DNA of 7,032 nt from Amoebidium appalachense (taxonomy: Eukaryota; Protista; Ichthyosporea), in NCBI GenBank assembly GCA_963693365.1, contig CAVNZM010000115.1, positions 1-7,032 of the forward strand, written 5' to 3'. The notes under the pieces are model-generated. The model was not told where the DNA came from. It saw only the letters and a program-made list of their open reading frames with translations, and did not search any database. Each line of letters starts with the position of its first letter. Position 1 is the stretch's first letter. Positions 1-5,948 of the stretch are shown piece by piece. A program made the translations under genes and the position numbers.

Positions 1-435
1 TTTGACGATGCCGCCAACGCCGGCGATCGCACGCCCCTCCCGCAGACCGTGGCCCTGCTGGCGGGCGCAGCCATCGACGGCCACGTGCACCCCGAGGAGC
101 AGCAGTCCCGCAGCAACCACATGCGCGAGCTGTACCGCACCCGCACGCGCGCGCCCCTGTACAATGGAAGCATTCGCAACGAGGGCGCCCGGCCCGAGGC
201 CGTGCTGAGCAGCAGGGAAGATGCCCGGCAGGGCGTGCGGCCGCCGCTGCCCACCTACGCCACAAACCCCGCACGTGTAGACCCAGAGAGGGTGATGCAT
301 CCGCGCAGGGGAATACGGACGCACGACTTTTCGGAGTTCCGTGGGTTGGCAAACACGGATGCCCCCATGATGCCTATCCCGGATTTGGTTGCCGGGCCCA
401 CGCTTCCTCAGGAGTTCAACATCAAGGTGCGGTAG
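1..435 (+). CDS. Hypothetical protein, 5'-truncated by the window edge
   Basis: Frame 1 is open from base 1 (FDDAANAGDRTPLPQTVALL...) to TAG at 433-435. The track start at 49 is an internal GTG. GC-rich third positions; no recognisable domain. Confidence 0.65.
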   Translation, partial: FDDAANAGDRTPLPQTVALLAGAAIDGHVHPEEQQSRSNHMRELYRTRTRAPLYNGSIRNEGARPEAVLSSREDARQGVRPPLPTYATNPARVDPERVMHPRRGIRTHDFSEFRGLANTDAPMMPIPDLVAGPTLPQEFNIKVR

Positions 436-470
436 TGGTGCGGAACAGTGGCTGCTCCTTTGCCCCATGA

Positions 471-498
471 ATTTTATTGTCCACATGTGCAATGGCCA
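471..498 (+). promoter_or_regulatory. T-rich upstream element plus start context (putative viral promoter)
   Basis: ATTTTATTGTCCACATGTGCAATGGCCA is 22/28 identical, ungapped, to the minus-strand element at 6317-6344. Confidence 0.5.
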
Positions 499-752
499 TA
501 TGCTACACGCGCAAGACCAAATCGGCGTTCAGCCGGCCCGTCAAGCTCAACCCCCCCCTGAAGGGCTTCATGCACAAGTCGTCGGCCACGCGCGGGCAGA
601 TCGTCAAAGCGGTGTGGACGTACGCCAAGAAGAAAGGGTTGGCCGAGGGCCAAAAGATCAAGATCGATGGGGCGCTAGCCCCACTGTTCCCCAAGATGGC
701 CAACGCCAAATTCGGCGACATCGCACGCATGATCAGCAAGTTCAGTGGTTGA
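492..752 (+). CDS. Stand-alone SWIB/MDM2-domain protein (86 aa)
   Basis: AFSRPVKLNPPLKGFMHKSSATRGQIVKAVWTYAKKKGL...KIKIDGALAPLF...FGDIARMISKF follows the SWIB pattern F.kP.klS..L..F.g....sR.evvk.lW.YiK...L....I.cD..L..lF.....f.i.kll.kh. ATG at 492 is preferred over TTG at 477 because the T-rich upstream element precedes it. Confidence 0.85.
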   Translation: MAICYTRKTKSAFSRPVKLNPPLKGFMHKSSATRGQIVKAVWTYAKKKGLAEGQKIKIDGALAPLFPKMANAKFGDIARMISKFSG

Positions 753-790
753 AGCACAGAGCCTCCCAATATTTTCCGTCGCCGCTATAA

Positions 791-1615
791 ATGCCCAACA
801 AGTACGAAAACATCACAAACACCACGAACCTGGTGCTGCGAAAGGGTGCCAGCGCCACATCAGAGAATGACGTCAAGGCCGCCAAGCACTTGTTGATCAG
901 GCAGAAGAAGGACTATGCGCGCGAGATGTGCGTGTCTGCAGAGGTCGCTGAAAACGCCTCCCTATACGTATGGCGTGGCCTGTACGCGGTCCAGCAGGTC
1001 GTCGGCTCCTGCAAGGGGCGCCTCCAGCCATTGGACGCGGTTGGATTCATTCTGGGATGCGTCATCAATCTCGGCGTCAAACTCAACAGCAAGGCCGCAA
1101 AAGGCGCCGCACGTGATGACGCCACCGATGTGGCCGTGTTCAAAGTGGCGGAGGACGTGTACTCGCGCATCCGCATGGCCATGTTTGGGTCTTTCCCTGA
1201 TGACTTTTCGTCCCTCGAGGCGAGCTCCAGCTGCAGGGAGCCGTGGATCATCGAGGACCTCGATAAGTACGCGTGCAAGTGGCGTATTGGCCTGGACGAG
1301 GCGTCCAAGATCCAGACCTACCTGATAGAGCTGGAGGAGCAGGTGCGAAAGAAAACCCCTGACATGCTGATGGTGCTTCCGGACTGGTATCAGCCCAACG
1401 GGCTGGACAAAGACATCCTGTCGTGGTTTGGGGAGTACGGCGTGCTACCGCTGGACATCACGCTGTTCAGCGAGGACCTCTACCGGCGTGTACGCTACAT
1501 ACTTTTCCAGAGATGCAACGTGCGCACAAACGACACCCTCGACTACGATGCACAGCTGGCCCTCTTCCACGCGGAGCAAACGAAGCTGGCCAACGTTGCC
1601 CGGCGCTGCGTGTGA
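791..1615 (+). CDS. Hypothetical protein, module gene A copy 1 (two ED[VL]YxRxR motifs); paralog of 6352..7032
   Basis: 274-aa ORF starting in a TATAAATG context. Contains VAEDVYSRIR (1145-1174) and EDLYRRVR (1472-1495), with collinear similarity to the minus-strand ORF at the right end. Confidence 0.85.
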   Translation: MPNKYENITNTTNLVLRKGASATSENDVKAAKHLLIRQKKDYAREMCVSAEVAENASLYVWRGLYAVQQVVGSCKGRLQPLDAVGFILGCVINLGVKLNSKAAKGAARDDATDVAVFKVAEDVYSRIRMAMFGSFPDDFSSLEASSSCREPWIIEDLDKYACKWRIGLDEASKIQTYLIELEEQVRKKTPDMLMVLPDWYQPNGLDKDILSWFGEYGVLPLDITLFSEDLYRRVRYILFQRCNVRTNDTLDYDAQLALFHAEQTKLANVARRCV

Positions 1616-1638
1616 TATCTTTTCTCGTCCACAAATAA

Positions 1639-2322
1639 ATGCGCAGAAACACTAAACTGACGGATGCATCACGTGTCCCGCCTGTTCCCGTGTCTACGAG
1701 TAACCTGGAGTTGGAGGTGAAGGCGCTCGAGTCCCTAATCGGTCGTGCTGGGCGCCTGGGGCTGCCAGACGACAGCATCAAGCGCAAGGCACCAGCCAAG
1801 CATGCTTCCGCCAGCCACCCCCCCAAGAAGCCCAAGCTCGTGACCGCCGTGCGTCCCCTGAAACCAATGGGGACCATGCGGGTGAGCGTTGCCCCCAAGG
1901 CCGCCTCCAAGAGGCCGGCTTCGAAATCCCCCACCCAGGCTGCGCCAACCAGGAAGCCCGCCGCCGCCGCCAAGCCCAGACCAGCTGCAACCATGCGCGT
2001 ACGCTCTAGCTCGCGGAAAGGCGGAAGCTGTGGGCCCGGGACCCTAAACGTGGGCGGTGAATGCGTGTTGGCCACCACAAAGAACGTTCTGGGCTACTGC
2101 GGCGTTAAGCCGGGCCGGGCGCCACCACCACCGGACTACAGCCGCGAGTCTGTTGCTCACGGCACCGAGATCATCGAGTTGCTGGGTACGGGGATTGCTG
2201 CCCCAGGGCCTGGTGAGGCCAGAAATCTGGGTTCCGTTGACGCAGCAGGCTCGTTCGCTATGAGCATCACACACGACCATTTCCCTATCCTGTTCATCAT
2301 CCAGGCCGACAGCGTGAACTAG
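1639..2322 (+). CDS. Hypothetical protein, module gene B copy 1, with Lys/Ala/Pro-rich basic tract and CGPxTxxVxGxC motif
   Basis: 227-aa ORF starting in a TAAATG context 23 nt after gene A. Residues ~48-130 are K/A/P/R/S-rich with no D or E. CGPGTLNVGGEC is encoded at 2029-2064. Confidence 0.8.
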   Translation: MRRNTKLTDASRVPPVPVSTSNLELEVKALESLIGRAGRLGLPDDSIKRKAPAKHASASHPPKKPKLVTAVRPLKPMGTMRVSVAPKAASKRPASKSPTQAAPTRKPAAAAKPRPAATMRVRSSSRKGGSCGPGTLNVGGECVLATTKNVLGYCGVKPGRAPPPPDYSRESVAHGTEIIELLGTGIAAPGPGEARNLGSVDAAGSFAMSITHDHFPILFIIQADSVN

Positions 2323-2336
2323 GGCTTCCCGCAGGG

Positions 2337-2343
2337 TATATAA
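2337..2343 (+). promoter_or_regulatory. TATA-box-like element upstream of VLTF3
   Basis: TATATAA within GGGTATATAAGG, 35-41 nt upstream of the ATG at 2378, in an otherwise GC-rich spacer. Confidence 0.5.
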
Positions 2344-2377
2344 GGCGCGTCGGCCTGACACTTTTCTGCCATCTAAC

Positions 2378-3364
2378 ATGTCAGCGGATGAGCGGACGCG
2401 CCCGACACGCGCCCCGTACCGGTCAAAGAAGGGCTGCGAGGCGGACAAGCAGTACGTGCAGCATCTGGCACAGAACGACATGGAGTCGCGTGTTGGCGTG
2501 CGCATGGCTGAGTTTGCCAAGCGCCGCAAGATCGGCGACGCCGCTGTTGTCCAGGAGGAGGTCGAGTTCCTTCTCGACACCGTGCCCTACATGGTTAAGC
2601 ACTACGAGTGCAGCGACAGGGACTCGCGGAGGGAGGTGTATCGCCAGTACCTGACCCATGTCGAGGACGTGCAGGACCGCGCTCCACGCCGCGAGCCCGA
2701 TCCCTGCCCCGCGTGCGGCGTCGGCCTGCTGGACAAGATGAGGGAGTTGTACGTGTGCAACGAGTGCGGCGAGGCCGTGCCCGGATTCTGTGAGTTCAAC
2801 AAGTCTGCGTTCAAGATGCCCCCGCCCCGCAGCCAGCGCCAGCAGGTGTACAAGCCGCTCAACCATTTCAACGAGACGCTCGTGCACTTCCAGGGCAAGG
2901 AGACCACGGACATACCGGCTGACGTCGTTGAGTTTGTGAGGGATGCCGCCACGCTGCACTACCCCATGGAGCGCATCACGCACGCACATGTCAAGAAGCT
3001 CCTGAGAAGTCGCAAGCTCAACCGCTACTACCGCAACATCCCCAGCATCATGCAGAACGCGTTCGGCATACAGTGCCCACAGTTCAACACCGAGCAGCTG
3101 GAGCGCCTGAGGGACATGTTCATGCAGACGCAGGGCGTATTCAAGGATGCGTGCGACGACAGGATCAACTTCCTGTCAGTAAACTACCTGCTTTACAAGT
3201 TCTGCGAGCTGCTCCAGTGGGGAGCCTATCTGCCACACATCCCCCTGCTAAAGTCGGCTGACAAACTCAGTGACCACGACCGCACATGGCAGGCCATCTG
3301 TGCAAAGCTTGGCTGGTCTTTTATTAAAACACGGACAACCCCGCGTTGTCTCATGACCGTGTAG
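2378..3364 (+). CDS. VLTF3: Poxvirus late transcription factor 3-like protein (NCLDV core gene, vaccinia A2L family)
   Basis: Zn ribbon CPAC...CNEC, then YKPLNHFNETLVHFQGKETTDIP, KLNRYYRNIPSI, RINFLSVNYLLYKFCELL and PLLKSADKLSDHDRTWQAICAKLGWSFIKT. These match the characteristic NCLDV VLTF3 motifs. Confidence 0.95.
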   Translation: MSADERTRPTRAPYRSKKGCEADKQYVQHLAQNDMESRVGVRMAEFAKRRKIGDAAVVQEEVEFLLDTVPYMVKHYECSDRDSRREVYRQYLTHVEDVQDRAPRREPDPCPACGVGLLDKMRELYVCNECGEAVPGFCEFNKSAFKMPPPRSQRQQVYKPLNHFNETLVHFQGKETTDIPADVVEFVRDAATLHYPMERITHAHVKKLLRSRKLNRYYRNIPSIMQNAFGIQCPQFNTEQLERLRDMFMQTQGVFKDACDDRINFLSVNYLLYKFCELLQWGAYLPHIPLLKSADKLSDHDRTWQAICAKLGWSFIKTRTTPRCLMTV

Positions 3365-3381
3365 ACGTTGTTTTGTTGCCT

Positions 3382-3600
3382 CTACCACTTGCCGCGCAGG
3401 TCCTCGCATAACCGGCGACGCATCTGTCGACGCAGGTTGGTGAGCCTGGCGGCGGCCACCGTCCTTGCGAAACCTCGTGGCATGCACCCCGGGCTGGCTT
3501 CCTGGATTTGGTTGGTAAATATCGCGAGTGCCTTGTTTTCTCCATGCACGGACGCGCCGCGCCGGCGGTGGTGTCGTCTGCGTGTAGTCCCCATCTGCAT
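3382..3600 (-). CDS. Putative small Arg-rich basic protein (start uncertain: 3594, 3600 or 3627)
   Basis: Fills the otherwise empty 3365-3647 gap: MQMGTTRRRHHRRRG...RLTNLRRQMRRRLCEDLRGKW. A minus-strand AATAAA at 3320-3325 lies downstream of the stop. No homology recognised. Confidence 0.4.
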   Translation of the reverse strand: MQMGTTRRRHHRRRGASVHGENKALAIFTNQIQEASPGCMPRGFARTVAAARLTNLRRQMRRRLCEDLRGKW

Positions 3601-3647
3601 GATGGGCTGATCATTTTTTCTCAACATCCCCTGCGCCCTTTTTTTGT

Positions 3648-4202
3648 ATGGCATTGGTAATGGACGCTGCCTCATTCAATGCATGCCTCGACGAGCTCTG
3701 CGTCAAGCTTCAGACCGCCTTTCCCGACCTCCCAGAGATTGCCCAGGCCAGATCCATCGCCGCGTCGACGGCCGAGGTCAGCCCCGACGTGCCCCCGCAG
3801 CTGTTTGCTGCTCAGCTGGCGCCCTTCTTGCCTCAGGTCACCCTGAAAGACTGGTCCTTCCTTGATGGCGACCACTCTCCACTGCATCAGATGGGGCTGC
3901 ATACGGCATGGACTCGCATGCATCCCATTACCAAGGCTGCCGTCGTCGACTATGTGGAACGTCTGGTTGTCTACAGCGGTGCGTCTGGGCCCGCTCCTCC
4001 CACACAGCAGTCGGACCACGCCGGCCAGCTGCCTCCGCTCGACCCCGCCACCATGTCAAATATCTTCAACATCGCCAAGGCCGCTACCTCCAACTTGACC
4101 GACGAAGACGCCCGTAGCCTGCTTGAGAACCGTGACCCTGCCAAACTTGGCCAGCTTTGTTTCAGCATCCTCGACAGCCTCACCGCGAACGTGCCGACGT
4201 AA
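3648..4202 (+). CDS. Probable NCLDV-conserved hypothetical helical protein
   Basis: The pattern FN..L.EL...L...FP......P..F...LAPF...V..KD.SFL......L...W..M...TK.AV..YV..L resembles, from memory, a hypothetical family widespread in phycodnaviruses and mimiviruses. Alternative ATG at 3660. Confidence 0.75.
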   Translation: MALVMDAASFNACLDELCVKLQTAFPDLPEIAQARSIAASTAEVSPDVPPQLFAAQLAPFLPQVTLKDWSFLDGDHSPLHQMGLHTAWTRMHPITKAAVVDYVERLVVYSGASGPAPPTQQSDHAGQLPPLDPATMSNIFNIAKAATSNLTDEDARSLLENRDPAKLGQLCFSILDSLTANVPT

Positions 4203-4431
4203 AGCAGCTGGACGTGTTGTGGGCCAGTGTGTAGAACTGCTTGAGGGTTAAGCGGTCAAATAAACCGGTGGTCGCGGACCGATACTTGATTTCCTGGAAG
4301 ATGTGCACCAACAGCTCAAACTCTTGGTCCAGAGGGGGTGGCAGCAGGTCCTTCTCGTCCTCCGACTCTGTTTCACTTGGCGCTGGGGTGCCGAGGTAGG
4401 CCAGCAGTTCGAATTCGTCATAGGCGACCAT
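4180..4431 (-). CDS. Small hypothetical protein with acidic N-terminal half (83 aa)
   Basis: ATG start with TATAAATA 36-43 nt upstream. Acidic N-half (SETESEDEKD) and C-terminal LFDRLTLKQF, reminiscent of small NCLDV hypotheticals. Overlaps the 3' end of 3648..4202 by 23 nt. Confidence 0.65.
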   Translation of the reverse strand: MVAYDEFELLAYLGTPAPSETESEDEKDLLPPPLDQEFELLVHIFQEIKYRSATTGLFDRLTLKQFYTLAHNTSSCFTSARSR

Positions 4432-4463
4432 TGTCGAGACTGACAGGGGTGGGGTCGCACCAG

Positions 4464-4477
4464 GGGTATTTATACCC
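4464..4477. promoter_or_regulatory. Near-palindromic bidirectional TATA-like element between divergent genes
   Basis: GGGTAT-TT-ATACCC, a 6-bp inverted repeat. It reads TATTTATA on + (26-33 nt before ATG 4500) and TATAAATA on - (36-43 nt before ATG 4431). Confidence 0.55.
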
Positions 4478-4499
4478 GCTGGCTCGTCGGCTACTGCAA

Positions 4500-4814
4500 A
4501 TGCAGACCAGTACGGACACCAGGCTGGTAGACCACATCATCCCATGCGGCATGTTTGTACTTCCAATGCGCAAGTGGGTGCTACTCAGGGCCTCGTGTGT
4601 AAGGCTTGGCATCGAGGCTGCCGTAGGACCGGGCTTCGTGCACAGCTGGGTACCGGGACTACTGAGCATCCTGGAACGCGCGAGGGGTGGGGGGGTTCCG
4701 CGGTTGCTGCTGCTGCACGCCACGCCCGATTACGTGTCCTGGGTGGCCGGCCTGTGCGCCCCATTGGGCGTGGCGGTGGTAACGGACGGGCCGCGGACCT
4801 ACGCCATAGCTTGA
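4500..4814 (+). CDS. Hypothetical protein (104 aa)
   Basis: ATG at 4500 lies downstream of the TATA-like element and avoids overlap with the divergent gene. The ORF ends 18 nt before the next gene. Alternating hydrophobic strand/helix pattern. Confidence 0.55.
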   Translation: MQTSTDTRLVDHIIPCGMFVLPMRKWVLLRASCVRLGIEAAVGPGFVHSWVPGLLSILERARGGGVPRLLLLHATPDYVSWVAGLCAPLGVAVVTDGPRTYAIA

Positions 4815-4832
4815 TTTATTGTTGGGTGTACT

Positions 4833-5537
4833 ATGGAGCAGTTTGTTGCCAGTCTGAGGACAAACGCCACTAACAAAAAGCTTCCCATGGAGCTGTCGCC
4901 GACAACCCTGGCCGAGCTTTTCAAGCGCCCATGCCAGGTCTGCAACCGGGCGGAGGCGGACCGGACCCATCGCAACGTGGCCCTGTGCCTCTACAAGCAG
5001 GGCTATGTTCACGGAAACGTCCGTCCGGTGTGCTCCATCTGCCACAAGATCCGTCACGGCCTGCGCACCTCTCAGCTCACCGCCCTTGCCGCGCACACGC
5101 TCCTGAACTGCCCCATGGTGAAGAAAGCGCTTGGGCGCTCGGCTGGTGGGGTCAAGAAGCTGGCAAAAGCTCTTGCAGCGAAGAGGCCCTACAGGCAAGC
5201 TCCTTCCACACGCGCATACAGCACAAACTACAACACATACAGGTGCAGCGCGCGAAAACGCTGCGACATCGAGAACGGTCGGCGGTGCGCATCATCCGTG
5301 TTCACTCTGACTCGCAAGCAGTTCGACTCCGTTCGAAAGCAGCCATGCTTCTACTGTGGCCTGGAGCAGTCCAACGGGGTGGACAGGCTGTACCCGGCCG
5401 TGGGTTACACGGACAGAAACAGCGTGCCCTGCTGCAAGACCTGCAACTACACGAAGAACGACATGCATCCGGGTACATACATCCAGCATCTTGCCACTAT
5501 CGTTCGGCACTGGGCTGCGAACCAGGGCGTGGTTTGA
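4833..5537 (+). CDS. Tandem Zn-binding HNH-like (beta-beta-alpha-metal) endonuclease-family protein
   Basis: The C-terminal unit FTLTRKQFDSVRKQPCFYCG...NGVDRLYPAVGYTDRNSVPCCKTCNYTK matches the F.LT...F.....PC.YCG...GIDR.....GY...N.VPCC..CN..K motif common in giant viruses and phages. The N-terminal unit (PCQVC...GYVHGNVRPVCSICH) is a degenerate copy. Confidence 0.85.
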   Translation: MEQFVASLRTNATNKKLPMELSPTTLAELFKRPCQVCNRAEADRTHRNVALCLYKQGYVHGNVRPVCSICHKIRHGLRTSQLTALAAHTLLNCPMVKKALGRSAGGVKKLAKALAAKRPYRQAPSTRAYSTNYNTYRCSARKRCDIENGRRCASSVFTLTRKQFDSVRKQPCFYCGLEQSNGVDRLYPAVGYTDRNSVPCCKTCNYTKNDMHPGTYIQHLATIVRHWAANQGVV

Positions 5538-5877
5538 CCATCCACGCCTGGTAGGGTTTCAGGGCCTCGCTCGGCCGCACAGCCGGCTTTTTCTTGCGCT
5601 GGTTGACGGCGTTGTGAACTTGTACTCCCCACTTTGACAGCGAGTCTCTGTCACGTAAGATGCGTCGGCCAAGCTTGCACCTGGAGTGCCGGATGAGCTT
5701 TGCAAAGTGCCCGCGGCAGGCGCGGCAGGGAAGGACGTTCACAAGCGAGTTAAAGAAGCCTTCGTACTGTTCCTTGATGCGCGGCGTGGGGTTGTCCGGG
5801 TAGCCTAGGGTCACCGCATGGATGACCTTCCAAAAGTGCGGGCCCCAGCATCGTGATTTCAGGTTCGGTCGGGACAT
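5497..5877 (-). CDS. Erv1/Alr-family FAD-dependent sulfhydryl (thiol) oxidase (vaccinia E10R-like NCLDV gene)
   Basis: WGPHFWKVIH, YPDNPT, redox LPCRACRGHF (CxxC) and WGVQVHNAVNQRKKKP form the full ERV/ALR motif set. Confidence 0.95.
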   Translation of the reverse strand: MSRPNLKSRCWGPHFWKVIHAVTLGYPDNPTPRIKEQYEGFFNSLVNVLPCRACRGHFAKLIRHSRCKLGRRILRDRDSLSKWGVQVHNAVNQRKKKPAVRPSEALKPYQAWMVKPRPGSQPSAER

Positions 5878-5931
5878 TACTTATCCGGACAAAACGTTTG
5901 GCCACGGGTGTTCAGCTGCCAACCCCAACGC

Positions 5932-5948
5932 AAATAAAGGCTTTATTT
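5932..5948. repeat. 8-bp inverted repeat carrying AATAAA on both strands, overlapping a stop codon
   Basis: AAATAAAG-G-CTTTATTT. It includes the minus-strand TAA stop (5943-5945) of gene B copy 2. Confidence 0.5.

Noticed and set aside
426-450. Short direct repeat GGTGCGG...AGTGG around the stop at 435
   Set aside because: Two short copies in GC-rich DNA; compatible with chance or local slippage.
477-491. TTG start for the SWIB ORF given by the ORF track
   Set aside because: Eukaryotic-virus context favours ATG at 492; bases 477-491 fall inside the upstream element.
1639-2322. Calling gene B copy 1 a true histone H1
   Set aside because: Only compositional similarity to H1 tails; no winged-helix globular domain or histone fold is recognisable.
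3368-3610. Plus-strand ORF 3368..3610 and minus-strand ORF 3351..3614 as the gap-filling gene
   Set aside because: The first has a non-ATG start and a Cys/Arg/Trp-rich shadow-like composition. The second overlaps the end of VLTF3 and shows no motif. Neither is fully excluded.
4338-4499. N-terminal extension of ORF 4338..4814
   Set aside because: Non-ATG start that overlaps the divergent gene and the TATA-like palindrome; ATG 4500 fits better.
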